Counted from the first letter of the stretch, positions 9,265-23,070 are shown. The stretch: 58,860 nucleotides of DNA from Candidatus Eiseniibacteriota bacterium (GCA_038068435.1 JBBTLZ010000038.1:1-58860); one strand, 5' to 3'. Notes: generated by a model from the sequence alone, not told the origin. A program made the numbers and translations.

Positions 9265-11349
9265 TCACCGGCGCGTCGCTTCCACGATGGTGAACCGCCC
9301 CAGATCGACAAGCAGGTTCTTCTCCGCCAGGCCCGGGTCGTCGGGTTGCGAGAGCACGGGCCGGCCGTCGCGCCACCCGCCCACCCTCAGCCCCAGCGTG
9401 TAGGCGCCCGGCCGGAGTCCGGACGGGATGATCATCCGGTAGGACTCGCGCACGGTGGTGTCGGGGGGCCAGGCGGCGGCGGGATAGAGCAGGTAGCCGA
9501 GGTGGCGCACCAGCGAGAACACCGCCTTCCCCTCCGCATCCCGCACCACGAGCTGCATCACGAACTGGCGATCCGCCGGGGCCACACGCCGCCAGAAGGT
9601 CTCGAGCGGCAGCAGGGCGCCGAGCGCCACCGTCGACTCGGGCATCGTGAACCCCGTGAACGCGAGCTGGCGGTCGTAGACGACGCGGCGCGCGACCGGG
9701 GCCGCAGCGGCGTCCGTGTGCACCAGCTCGACCGTGTCCGCCGGCTCTCGGAGGAACAACACCAGGTCTCCGGCCGCGTCCACGGGACGGAGGCGATTGC
9801 GGTCGGCGAGCTCGCGCAGCCGCAGCGCGGTGCCCGGCTTCACGTAGTTCGCCAGCCGCTCGTCACCGACGTCCGCCAGCATCGCCACCACCCCGGTCGG
9901 CGTCGGATAGGGCTGGGAGGAGAAGGTGTAGTAGCCGGTGTAGAGGTGGTGGATCGAGTGGACGTCCCGGCGCGAGGCGAAACGCGCGAGAAACTCGAAC
10001 GCCGCCACCACGCCGCCGGTGGAGGGGACACGGGAGACCATGTGGTCCCGGTAGCCGCGTTTCGTGCGGTCGAATTCGGTCGGCCAGAACGATTCGGTCG
10101 CGGTCGGCACCGGGATCCATCCCTGGCGGAGCAGCGGACCGTAGAGCAGGTTGCACACCAGCGACGCCGCGAGTGCCGCGCCGGCGGTCCTGACGGCGAC
10201 CGAGCGCACGCGGCCGGGCCGGGCCATCGCCTCCGCGGTGATGGGCGCGCCGGCGACCGCGCGTACGAGGTTGGCGAGGCCCCGCACCGCTGCCGCCACC
10301 ATCACCGGCGTGACCAGCGCGGTGTACTGGAAGAGGATCCCGTGCTGCTGCGGGCGGAACGACAGGAAGTGCTCGGCCAGCACCGGCAGGGCGACCACGA
10401 GCGTGAGCGGACTCAGGAGCGGCAGGAACAGGAGTGGCCCCAGCATCTGCAGCCAGTAGCGGCGCTTGATCATCCCGTCGACGACCTCGCCGGGGGTATC
10501 GAAGAAGGCCGAGATCGCGCGCAGCGGATGCGTGAGCAGGTTGACCGCCACCTCGCCGAGGCTCCCGCCCCAGTCCCGGTACATCTTCCCGTACTCCGCC
10601 GCGGCGCTCGACAGGGCGGGCAGGATCACGCCGAACGAGAGCATGAGCGAGGCGAGCGCCAGGCCCACGAGCGCCGCGCCGAAGCGCCGCGGCCGCCCGG
10701 GGAGCAGCGCCGTGAGCCCCAGCATCCCCACGGCCAGCGCCACGTCCTCCTTGCACAGCAGCGACAGGGTGGCGAACAGCAGGGTGAGCGCGAACCGGCC
10801 GGCGGCCATGCAGCTGATGGTCGCCAGCAGGGTGGTGGTGGCGAGCACCTCAGGATGGAATTCGAACAGGTTGGAGTAGCCGAGCGCGGGGTAGAGCAGG
10901 TAGAGGGCGGCGCAGGTGAGCGCCACCCCCTCGTGCTTCAGCTCGCGGCGGGCGAGGGCGAAGACGGGCCATGCGCCGAGGGCCAGCGTGACGCACTGGA
11001 GCACGAGCAGCGTCAGCGGGTGGCGGACCAGCGCGTAGAGGGGCGCCAGGACGAACAGGATGAGCGAGACATGATCGCCCAGCCAGTTCATCCCGCGGAT
11101 GGAGCTGAAGAGCGAGCCGCGCAGCGCCTGGTCGGTCGCCTGGACGAAGATCGCCAGGTCGAAGTCGATATAGAGGTAGTAGCGGTACTTGATGACAGCC
11201 AGAAAACCGTAGACCGCGGTGTACGCCGCCATCAGCGCCGCGAGCGTGGCGCCGGCGCGGCGGGACGGGGCGACCGGCGCCGGTCCGACGGGGGCAGCGG
11301 GGGGGGTCGGCTGCTCGGGTGCGCGGCGGTGCGCCTTGCGCTTGGGCAC
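9265..11349 (-). CDS. DUF2079-type multi-pass membrane protein (putative GT-C glycosyltransferase) with C-terminal soluble domain
   Basis: FDLAIFVQA, LGDHVSLIL, NLFEFHPE, LLCKED, FQY motifs and many TM segments; GTG 11349 preceded by GGAGG. Confidence 0.75.
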   Translation of the reverse strand: MPKRKAHRRAPEQPTPPAAPVGPAPVAPSRRAGATLAALMAAYTAVYGFLAVIKYRYYLYIDFDLAIFVQATDQALRGSLFSSIRGMNWLGDHVSLILFVLAPLYALVRHPLTLLVLQCVTLALGAWPVFALARRELKHEGVALTCAALYLLYPALGYSNLFEFHPEVLATTTLLATISCMAAGRFALTLLFATLSLLCKEDVALAVGMLGLTALLPGRPRRFGAALVGLALASLMLSFGVILPALSSAAAEYGKMYRDWGGSLGEVAVNLLTHPLRAISAFFDTPGEVVDGMIKRRYWLQMLGPLLFLPLLSPLTLVVALPVLAEHFLSFRPQQHGILFQYTALVTPVMVAAAVRGLANLVRAVAGAPITAEAMARPGRVRSVAVRTAGAALAASLVCNLLYGPLLRQGWIPVPTATESFWPTEFDRTKRGYRDHMVSRVPSTGGVVAAFEFLARFASRRDVHSIHHLYTGYYTFSSQPYPTPTGVVAMLADVGDERLANYVKPGTALRLRELADRNRLRPVDAAGDLVLFLREPADTVELVHTDAAAAPVARRVVYDRQLAFTGFTMPESTVALGALLPLETFWRRVAPADRQFVMQLVVRDAEGKAVFSLVRHLGYLLYPAAAWPPDTTVRESYRMIIPSGLRPGAYTLGLRVGGWRDGRPVLSQPDDPGLAEKNLLVDLGRFTIVEATRR

Positions 11350-11665
11350 TCGGCCTCCATGGCGTGGTCCGCCCGGGGCGGACACGCCACGGGCCCGGCG
11401 GGGCGGCGAGATTATCACCCGCCGCCGCCGGGAACACGGCGGCGGGGCTCGTGACCCGGCCAGCGGCCCTCCCGGCACCTTCGGAGCGTTGTCGCCACGC
11501 CAGCCCTTCCTCTATAGTCCGTGCTTCACCGCAGGCCCTGGATGAGCCGCGAGCGGAGACCCCTGCGGAGCGCGGTCCGGGACGATCTCCCGGGCCCTCC
11601 GGCGCGGGCGCCGCCGTGCGCCGCCGTGCGCCACCCTCACCCCCATCGATTCGAGCGAGCCCGCC

Positions 11666-12649
11666 ATGTCCGAGACCCTCGACGTCCTCCTGCTGCTTGC
11701 GCTCCCCGCCTCCGGCAAGTCCGAGGTGCGCCGTTATCTCGCGAGCCTCACGCCCGAGCAGTGCCGCGGCGACTTCCACCTCGGCCCCACCGTCCAGCTC
11801 GACGACTACCCGTACGTCCACATGATGCGGCGCGTGAGTCAGGAGCTGCGCCGGCTCGGTGCCAGCGGCGTGTTCTTCGACTCGGACGAGCTGCCGATGA
11901 AGGAGCCGCTCGACTGGGGGACGCTGGTCGAGCTGCTGAACGAGGACTTCGAGGATCTCCAGCGCCGCTACCGGCCGGCGCCGGCGTCGGCGGCCGAGTG
12001 GCTGCTGGACCGCTTCGACGTGGCGCGGCAGAAGGCGGGGGCCAGCCCCGCGCTCGGCGCGCGCCCCTCGGCGGCGCGCCGGGCACTGAACACCACCCTG
12101 GAGGCCGAGGCGGCGGAGTTGCTCCGCGACAAGAACGCCGGCATCCCGGAGAGCCTCGAGGGCCGGACGGTGGTGATCGAGGCCGCGCGCGGCGGGCCGG
12201 ACGGCGCCTCGCCGCCGCTGCCGGCGCCGCTCGGCTATGCCTACACGCTGCGCAAGTTCAGTGACGCCATCCTCGCGCGCGCCTCCATCCTCTACGTGTG
12301 GGTGACGCCGGAGGAGTCGCGACGCAAGAACCACGAGCGCACCGACCCCAACGATCCCGGCTCCATCCTCCATCACGGCGTGCCGATGGCGGTCATGCTC
12401 GGCGACTACGGCTGCGACGACATGGAGTGGCTGATCCAGCACTCCGACCGCCCCGACACGGTGCGCATCAAGACCCGCGGGAGCGTCTATCATCTGCCGG
12501 TCGCGCGCTTCGACAACCGGGTGGACAAGACCACCTTCGTGCGGGCCGATCGCGCGGTGTGGAAACCGGCCGACGTGGCCGCGCTCCACACCGGGCTCGC
12601 CGACGCGTTCACGCGGCTCGCGCGCGCGGGCACGGCGCGGGTCGGGTAG
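11666..12649 (+). CDS. Uncharacterised P-loop kinase-fold protein
   Basis: N-terminal LLLALPASGKSE (Walker A variant), VVIEAARG, ILYVWVTPEESRRKNHER. Confidence 0.6.
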   Translation: MSETLDVLLLLALPASGKSEVRRYLASLTPEQCRGDFHLGPTVQLDDYPYVHMMRRVSQELRRLGASGVFFDSDELPMKEPLDWGTLVELLNEDFEDLQRRYRPAPASAAEWLLDRFDVARQKAGASPALGARPSAARRALNTTLEAEAAELLRDKNAGIPESLEGRTVVIEAARGGPDGASPPLPAPLGYAYTLRKFSDAILARASILYVWVTPEESRRKNHERTDPNDPGSILHHGVPMAVMLGDYGCDDMEWLIQHSDRPDTVRIKTRGSVYHLPVARFDNRVDKTTFVRADRAVWKPADVAALHTGLADAFTRLARAGTARVG

Positions 12650-12661
12650 GCGCGGCGTGGC

Positions 12662-12847
12662 GTGACCGCGCCGCCGGCCCGGTCCCGGCGCCTCGACCGG
12701 CTCGACGCCGCGGCGCTCGTCGGTCTGGTGCTGTCCCGGGTCGGGTACACGCTCCGCTTCTTCGACTTCACCCGGTTCCCCGAAGAGGACGCCGCGATGC
12801 TGCTGCGCTACTCGCAGCACCTCGCGCCCGGCCCGAGGTCATCATGA
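12662..12847 (+). pseudogene. Probable N-terminal remnant of a GT-C-like membrane glycosyltransferase
   Basis: One hydrophobic segment, then EEDAAMLLRYSQHLAPG, resembling the DDAxIxxRYAxNLAxG start of such proteins; stops at 61 aa. Confidence 0.45.
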
Positions 12848-13019
12848 TGCACGCCTACCTGTCGCCGGGTGGTGGCGCGGTCGCGGACTCGCGCGGCGAT
12901 CGCCGGGCGCATCGCCGGCGTGGTCTACCTCGAGGACAGGGTCGGGTCGAAGGACGAGGGGGCCACGCGGTGATCGCCGCGCGGGGCCGGCGGCTCGGCT
13001 CCGTGGCTCGCTCCGGGCG

Positions 13020-13673
13020 TCAGTGCGCCTCGCCGTGGCGGCCGGGCTTCCCCCACAGCTGGACCAGCCGCCGGTCGCGCCCGCACCCGAGCCGGTAGCT
13101 CTGATAGCGGACGGGGTCCTTGCGGTAGAAGTCCTGGTGGTACTCCTCGGCCGGCCAGAACTCGCGCGCCGCCACGATCGGCGTGACGATCGCGGCCTTG
13201 AAGCGCTGCGGCGTGGTCTCGAGCGTCTTCTTCGACGCCTCCGCCAGCCGCTTCTCGGTCGAATCCCGGTAGAAGATCGCCGAACGGTACTGGGTCCCGT
13301 GATCGCAGAACTGGCCGTTCGACTGGGTGGGATCGATGTTGTGCCAGAAGACGTCGAGCAGCTGCGCGAACGAGATCCGCCGGGGGTCGTAGGTGATCTG
13401 CACCGACTCCGCGTGCCCCGTGGTGCCCGACGAGACCTCCTCGTAGGCCGGGTCCTGCTTGAAGCCGCCGGTGTAGCCCGAGATCACCGCCGTGACGCCG
13501 GGCAGACCCTCGAACGCGGTCTCCATGCACCAGAAGCACCCGCCGGCGAAGGTCGCGCGGGCGAGGGCGGGGACCGCCTGCGGCGCCGGGGCGGTGGCCG
13601 CGGACACCGTGCCCGCGGCGAGCGATGACCCCAGGAGTACCGCCACCAGGATGCGTCTGCTCGAGCCTCTCAT
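13020..13673 (-). CDS. msrA: Peptide-methionine (S)-S-oxide reductase with signal peptide
   Basis: FAGGCFWCME, GYTGG, TGHAESVQ, DHGTQYRSAIF, AEEYHQDFY. Confidence 0.96.
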   Translation of the reverse strand: MRGSSRRILVAVLLGSSLAAGTVSAATAPAPQAVPALARATFAGGCFWCMETAFEGLPGVTAVISGYTGGFKQDPAYEEVSSGTTGHAESVQITYDPRRISFAQLLDVFWHNIDPTQSNGQFCDHGTQYRSAIFYRDSTEKRLAEASKKTLETTPQRFKAAIVTPIVAAREFWPAEEYHQDFYRKDPVRYQSYRLGCGRDRRLVQLWGKPGRHGEAH

Positions 13674-13982
13674 CCGTTCGACTCCCCGGTCCGTGATCCG
13701 CTCGGTGCGGTGCCTTTCAGGCCGCCGTTCGCGGGGACACTACTCCACCCGGGCGGACTGTGTGACCGCGCCCGGGTCGAGTCGGCGGGAGGCAGCCCGG
13801 CCTCCTGCGAGATGGGGCTGGCTGCCCCGCGGGGGTCCCCGGGGTCCTGGCCGCCCCGCGGGACGACGAGGCCGCCGCGACCCGCTCGTGCACGGCGTCG
13901 GACGCTCTGGTAGTTTCCGGCCGTCGCGCGCAGCGACGGCGGTGCTGGCCTCCATGGACACCTGACGCAGGGAGGTGACTGA

Positions 13983-14861
13983 GTGGATCGGTTGGGAGTG
14001 GCGCTGCTGGTGGGGATCCTGTCCGGGCTGCACACGGCCACCTGGGGGATGTACAAGGACGCGATCCACGAGGGGTTCACGGTGCCGCGCTACCTGCGCA
14101 GCGTGCTCCTGAGTGCCCTGGCGGCTCCGATCATCGTCAGGGTGTCCGGGCTCGATCCGCTGACCGCCTCGGGCCTGGTGGTGCTGTTCGGCGTGACCTA
14201 CTGCACCGAGCGCGGGCTGACCGAGTTCTGGAAGACCTTCGTGCGCTTCGTCGACCAGTCGAAGTTCACGATCCCGATGCAGTTCCACGTCTTCGGCAGG
14301 GTCATCCCGCAGGGCCCGGTACGCTGGGCGATCGCCGCCGGCCACCTGGCCGCGGCGGCGGGGCTCCTGGGGTGGATCCACGCCCTTCAGGATTACGCAT
14401 TCACATGGCCGCGGCCGGTGGTGATCCTGCTGATCGGCAGCATCGGCGGCTGGTACTCGGCGTGCGGCGGCGGCTTCAAGGACGCCCCGATCGAGGGATT
14501 CTCGGGGCTCAAGTTCGTGCGCAGCCCGATCCTCTCCGCGCTCTACGCGCTGCTGCTGTCGAACTTCACGCACGATTACGTCCTCATGGCGCTGGGCGGC
14601 CTGGGATACACGGTCGCGACCATCGAGACCTACAAGACGTTCTTCTTCCCCTCCCGTCCGCGCGGGAAGTTCGCGGGCAAGCCGATCCTCCACCCGCACT
14701 TCCTGGCCATCCGCCAGCGCTTCGTGCCGCTTTACGCGGGCATCTGGTTGCTGGTCGTGGGCACGCTCGTGTTCGCGTTGCGCGAACCGCGCGGCGGCCT
14801 CCCGCCCCCACCGGCCGCGGGCGTCTCGGACGCGGGCGGTGGTACCCGGGTCAGCCCCTAG
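13983..14861 (+). CDS. Uncharacterised membrane protein made of two homologous halves
   Basis: GGAGG RBS; hydrophobic; repeated [15 protein letters not shown]...EFWKTF and [15 protein letters not shown]...ETYKTF. Confidence 0.75.
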   Translation: MDRLGVALLVGILSGLHTATWGMYKDAIHEGFTVPRYLRSVLLSALAAPIIVRVSGLDPLTASGLVVLFGVTYCTERGLTEFWKTFVRFVDQSKFTIPMQFHVFGRVIPQGPVRWAIAAGHLAAAAGLLGWIHALQDYAFTWPRPVVILLIGSIGGWYSACGGGFKDAPIEGFSGLKFVRSPILSALYALLLSNFTHDYVLMALGGLGYTVATIETYKTFFFPSRPRGKFAGKPILHPHFLAIRQRFVPLYAGIWLLVVGTLVFALREPRGGLPPPPAAGVSDAGGGTRVSP

Positions 14862-14877
14862 GCGCGGCGGCCGCCCC

Positions 14878-15354
14878 ATGGATCCCGCCGCCGTCAACCC
14901 CTTCGCGACCCCCGCGGGCACCTGGCTGACGACGCTCGTCGTGTCGCTGCTGTCGGGCCTCATCCCGCTCGTCCACATCGAGACCTACCTGATCGCGGTC
15001 GCGGCGCTCACCCCCTCCGCGGCCTGGCCCGTGATCCTGATCACCACCTTCGGGCAGATGGTGGCCAAGGTCATCCTCTACGTGGGCGGGCGGCACGGAC
15101 TCCGGCCGCGCGCCGGCCGTTTCCGGGACAAGCTGGAGCGGGCCGAGAACGCCCTGCGCCGGCACCCGGCCGGGCCCGACGCGGTGGTGCTGGCGAGCGC
15201 CTTCACAGGTTTTCCCCCGTTCTACGGGGTGAGCGTGATGGCGGGCGTGCTGGAGATCCCGCTCGCCCGCTTCCTGCTGGTGGCGACGCCGCCGCGCCTG
15301 CTGCGGTTCGCGGCCGTGTTCTTCGCGCCGCGTCTGCTGAAGGAACTGCTGTAG
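14878..15354 (+). CDS. DedA/VTT-domain membrane protein
   Basis: [52 protein letters not shown]. Confidence 0.75.
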   Translation: MDPAAVNPFATPAGTWLTTLVVSLLSGLIPLVHIETYLIAVAALTPSAAWPVILITTFGQMVAKVILYVGGRHGLRPRAGRFRDKLERAENALRRHPAGPDAVVLASAFTGFPPFYGVSVMAGVLEIPLARFLLVATPPRLLRFAAVFFAPRLLKELL

Positions 15355-15365
15355 GGGGAACGGCC

Positions 15366-16997
15366 GTGGGCACCTTCGACGCGATCATCGTCGGCAGCGG
15401 TTTCGGCGGGACGATGGCCGCGCACGAGCTGGTGAACGCCGGGCTGCGGGTGCTGATGCTGGAGCGTGGCGCGTGGGTCACGCGCGGGCTGCACAACTGG
15501 GGGCCGCGCGGCTCGGTCGACCTGACGCCGCACTACTCGCTCGAGAGCCCCTACCGAGTCGAGAACGGCGGCCCGCCGCGAACGATCGGCGGGTACGCCT
15601 GCGTCGGTGGTCCGTCGGTCTTCTTCGGCGGCGTCACGCTCCGGCTGCGCGAGCCCGACTTCGAGCCCGCCCCCGAGATCGTCGGCGACTCCGGCGCCGC
15701 CTGGCCGATCCGCTACCCCGACCTCGAGCCGTACTACGCCCGCGCCGAGCGACTGCTGGGGGTCGCGGGCGAGGTCGGGGAGGATCCGACCGAGCCGCCG
15801 CGCAGCGCGCCCTACCCGTACCCGGCGGCGCCGCTCACCGAGACGCCGCGCCTGCTCGAACAGGTCGGGCGCGGGATGGGGATGCACCCGTACCGGCTGC
15901 CGCTGGCGATCAATCACGAGGCGGGCACGCGGGCCGCCTGCATCGGCTGCACCTCGTGCGACACCTTCGCCTGCGCGATCTCGGCCAAGAACGACCTGGC
16001 GACCTGCCTGCTGCCGGACCTCATCGCCCGGGGTCTGGTGCTCCGGCCGGAGACGGTCGCGGTCCGGCTCGTCATCCGCGGACGGCGGGTCACCGGGATC
16101 GAATGCGTGGACCGTTCCGGCGGCGGCCGCACCACCTGGGAGGCGCCGCGGATCCTGCTCGCCGCGGGCGCGCTCGCCTCTCCCCACCTGCTGATGGCGT
16201 CCGATCTGCCGGGGCTCAATCCCGCCGGCGAGATGATCGGCCGCCACCTCGTGCGCCACGCCAACGGCATGACGTTCGCCTACCTGCACGATCTTCCCGA
16301 TCGCGGCCGCCGATTCCACAAGCAGCTCGGGTTCAACGACTACTACTTCGGCGATCCGGGAGCGCGCGAGGTGCGCGGCAAGCTGGGCTCCATCCAGCAG
16401 CTCCAGGCGCCGCCGCCGGCGCTGGTGCGCCGCAACGTGCCGTTGCCGCTCAAGCCGGTCGCCGGCCTGGTCGCGCTCACCTTCCCGCGCGTCACTGGCC
16501 TGCTGGCGATGGCCGAGGATCAGCCGCGGCCCGAGAACCGCGTCACCATCGACCGGCGGCACTCGGACCGCTTCGGGCTGCCGCAGCTCGTCATCCGCCA
16601 CCGGCACACCGAGCGCGACCAGGCCGCGTGCCGGGCGCTCCTGCGCCGGACGCGCAGCCTCCTGCACGCGGCCGGCGGCCGGGTCTTCTACACCTATCAC
16701 ATCCAGACCTTCTCGCACGCCGCCGGGACGGTGCGCTTCGGGCGCGACCCGAGGTCCGCGCCGCTCGATCCCTGGTGCCGGTTCCGCGGGGTCGAGAACC
16801 TGTTCGTCGTCGACGCGTCGTTCATGCCCACCGGGGGCGGTGTCAATCCGAGCCTGACCATCGCGGCGAACGCGCTGCGGGTCGGCGAGGCCATCGCCAT
16901 GGACCGCCTGCCCCCCACGGAGGAGAGAGCCTGCCGCACACCGCACCGCGACCACTCCACGTCGCGATCCTCGGCTGTGGCTTCGCCGCGGAGCTGA
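15366..16997 (+). CDS. GMC family FAD oxidoreductase with Cys-rich Fe-S motif
   Basis: IIVGSGFGG, LERG, VGGPSVFF, CIGCTSCDTFAC, SHAAGTVRFG, NLFVVDASFMPT, VNPSLTIAANA. Confidence 0.92.
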   Translation: MGTFDAIIVGSGFGGTMAAHELVNAGLRVLMLERGAWVTRGLHNWGPRGSVDLTPHYSLESPYRVENGGPPRTIGGYACVGGPSVFFGGVTLRLREPDFEPAPEIVGDSGAAWPIRYPDLEPYYARAERLLGVAGEVGEDPTEPPRSAPYPYPAAPLTETPRLLEQVGRGMGMHPYRLPLAINHEAGTRAACIGCTSCDTFACAISAKNDLATCLLPDLIARGLVLRPETVAVRLVIRGRRVTGIECVDRSGGGRTTWEAPRILLAAGALASPHLLMASDLPGLNPAGEMIGRHLVRHANGMTFAYLHDLPDRGRRFHKQLGFNDYYFGDPGAREVRGKLGSIQQLQAPPPALVRRNVPLPLKPVAGLVALTFPRVTGLLAMAEDQPRPENRVTIDRRHSDRFGLPQLVIRHRHTERDQAACRALLRRTRSLLHAAGGRVFYTYHIQTFSHAAGTVRFGRDPRSAPLDPWCRFRGVENLFVVDASFMPTGGGVNPSLTIAANALRVGEAIAMDRLPPTEERACRTPHRDHSTSRSSAVASPRS

Positions 16998-17911
16998 ACG
17001 GCCCGGTCCTGCGCGGGCTGGGCGTCGACTGCTCGTACGCGAGCCGCGATGCCGAGCGGGCGTGGCGCTTCGCGTCGCGCCTTCGCGGCCGTGGCGGGTT
17101 CGGCTCGTACGAGGCGGCGCTCGCGGCCCCCGAGGTCGATGCCGTGCTGGTCGCGACGCCGCCCGCGCTGCACGCGGACCTGACGCTCGCCGCGCTGCGG
17201 GCGGGCAAGCATGTGGTGGTCGAGAAGCCCCCGTTCCTCCGCTCTGCCGACTTCGCGCCGGTGGAGGCCGCCGCGCGCGCGGCCGGGCGTCAGGTGCTGG
17301 TGGCCGAGAACTATCATTACAAGCCGCTCGCCCGCACGCTGCGCCGGCTGCTGGCCGAGGGCGTGATCGGCGAGGTGCTGTTCCTGCACGTCAACGCGCT
17401 CAAGCGTCAGCAGGCCGCGGGCTGGCGGACGCAGCCGGAGATGGCGGGCGGTGGGGCGCTGTTCGAGGGCGGCATCCACTGGGTCAGCTTCATGGCCCAC
17501 CTGGGGCTCGAGGTGCTCGACGTGCGTGGCTTCGCCGCCGCTCCCGGACGCGTGGAGGGCGGCGTCGTCGCTGTCTTCGCGTACGCGGGCGGCGCGGTCG
17601 GCACGCTGTTCCACTCGTGGGAGGTGCCGTCGCCGCTGGGGGCCCTGCGCGGCTCCCGCATTTACGGCCGCGAAGGCTCGATCGCGTTCGAGTCGAACGG
17701 CCTCGTGGTCGTGGTGTGGGGCCGCCGCAAGCGCCTGATTTTCCCCGGCGTGCGCGACCTGGTCGGCCGGCGCGCGATGTGGCGCGACTTCGTTCGCACG
17801 CTGAGGGAGGGCGCCGAGCCCGAGTACGGCCTGGTACTCGCCCGCCGCGACCTGGAGCTGGTCGAGCGGATCGTCGGGACGCTCGGATCATCCTCGGAGG
17901 CAAATCGATAA
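16931..17911 (+). CDS. Gfo/Idh/MocA family NAD(P)-dependent oxidoreductase (start uncertain; CTG candidate)
   Basis: VAILGCG, VDAVLVATPPALH, GKHVVVEKP, GGGALFEGGIH. No in-frame ATG/GTG near the domain start; CTG 16931 follows GGAGGAG. Confidence 0.85.
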   Translation: MPHTAPRPLHVAILGCGFAAELNGPVLRGLGVDCSYASRDAERAWRFASRLRGRGGFGSYEAALAAPEVDAVLVATPPALHADLTLAALRAGKHVVVEKPPFLRSADFAPVEAAARAAGRQVLVAENYHYKPLARTLRRLLAEGVIGEVLFLHVNALKRQQAAGWRTQPEMAGGGALFEGGIHWVSFMAHLGLEVLDVRGFAAAPGRVEGGVVAVFAYAGGAVGTLFHSWEVPSPLGALRGSRIYGREGSIAFESNGLVVVVWGRRKRLIFPGVRDLVGRRAMWRDFVRTLREGAEPEYGLVLARRDLELVERIVGTLGSSSEANR

Positions 17912-18029
17912 CGCCCGCGGAGGCTCGCCGCAATCGGAAGTGCCGCGACCGACCGCCGGCCGCGATCAGGCTTGTCGTTCGAGGAGAGAGGCTCCGCGAA
18001 CCGTCAGGCGTCCGGCGATCGCGCAGGCG

Positions 18030-18869
18030 TCAGTATCCGTACGCGACCCGCACCCCAAGGACGTCCACATCCGTCGCCGGCTGGAACACGATCGTCTGCG
18101 ACTGGCGGCCTGTGCGCAGCACGATCTGGTTCGAGCGGCCCAGGCGCATCCCGTCCCAGTACGCGAGCGCGGTGACGCGGGGCGCGATGCGGTAGCCGAG
18201 ATGCAGGTAAGGATTCCAGCCGAGACCGGGTGACAGCTCCAGGTGATAAACCACGCCGGCCTCCGAGATCGTCGCGTGCTCGCTGGTCGCGAGCAGCCGT
18301 CTCAGCCCTCCGCCGACCACGATCGGACTCGATCGTGTCGCGAGCCGCTCGACGCCCAGTCGTCCCGACACGATCCGGTAGTCCTCACTTTGCGTGACGC
18401 TGAGCCGCCGGCGCCACAGGTTCAGATCCATCCCGGCGACCGCGTCGACCGCGCCCGGCCAGCGGTAGCGAAGCTCGACCCCCTCGGTCGTCCCCAGGTA
18501 GACCGAGACGCCGTGCGCCGCTTGCGTGGGATCGAGCTGCAGTGAGCCGTCGTAGCTGACGCCCCCTCCGTAGACGCTCGCCCGGAAAACGAGCAGGGCG
18601 CCTCGCGCTCTCCGCTGGGCGAATCCGATGCCGAGCGCCACCCGCGGCCCGGTCTCGCGCACCTCGATCGGCGAGGTGTCCTCGCGCCAGCCGAAACGCT
18701 CGACGGCGGCGTCCACCGACCATTGCGCGCGCGCGGCGGCGGCCGCGAGGCACGACGCCAGCGCCGCAAGGAGCAGGCACATGCATGCCCGGGCCGCCGG
18801 GCTCAGCCCCCCGAGCGCGGCCCGCGGGCTCGGATCAGATCGGCGGCGGTGGTGAATAGGCGTTCTCAT
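18030..18869 (-). CDS. Putative outer-membrane beta-barrel protein
   Basis: Signal peptide (LLLAALASCLAAAAARA-Q), alternating amphipathic strands, C-terminal VLGVRVAYGY. Start is 18869 or 18782. Confidence 0.65.
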   Translation of the reverse strand: MRTPIHHRRRSDPSPRAALGGLSPAARACMCLLLAALASCLAAAAARAQWSVDAAVERFGWREDTSPIEVRETGPRVALGIGFAQRRARGALLVFRASVYGGGVSYDGSLQLDPTQAAHGVSVYLGTTEGVELRYRWPGAVDAVAGMDLNLWRRRLSVTQSEDYRIVSGRLGVERLATRSSPIVVGGGLRRLLATSEHATISEAGVVYHLELSPGLGWNPYLHLGYRIAPRVTALAYWDGMRLGRSNQIVLRTGRQSQTIVFQPATDVDVLGVRVAYGY

Positions 18870-18968
18870 GCGTGGGGGCCCGAGCCTGCGCCCGGGCGGC
18901 AGCCCCCATCGGCGGGCCATGGCCTTCCCGGAGTCCGGATCGCCGACGCCGCGGGGAAGCGCACGCCG

Positions 18969-19238
18969 CTACGCGCCCGCCGCCCCAACCGTATCCGCCA
19001 GCACCGTGGCGCGGTTGCTCGACACCTCGAAGAACCCGCCGCTCACGCTCCACCGGGCCTCTTCGCCGCCCGCCTTGCGCACGGTCAGCGGGCCGCCCGC
19101 CAGCCCGGTGACCAGGGCGGCGTGGTTCGCGAGCACGCCCAGGTAGCCCGCGAGTCCCGGCACCTGGACGTACTCCACCGCACCCTCGAACACGCTCCGC
19201 TCGGGGGTCAGGATGCTCAGGTGGAACGTGGTCGCCAT
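18969..19238 (-). CDS. atpC: ATP synthase epsilon subunit (short form)
   Basis: LSILTPER, GYLGVLANHA, VSGGFFEV, VLAD; last gene of the atp operon. Confidence 0.95.
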   Translation of the reverse strand: MATTFHLSILTPERSVFEGAVEYVQVPGLAGYLGVLANHAALVTGLAGGPLTVRKAGGEEARWSVSGGFFEVSSNRATVLADTVGAAGA

Positions 19239-19242
19239 GGGC

Positions 19243-21556
<2,314 letters not shown>

Positions 21557-21561
21557 GGTTG

Positions 21562-23070
<1,509 letters not shown>

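Noticed and set aside
15473-16930. N-terminal part of the 812-aa ORF
   Set aside because: An alternative frame of the GMC gene; only the part from about 16931 has Gfo/Idh/MocA motifs.
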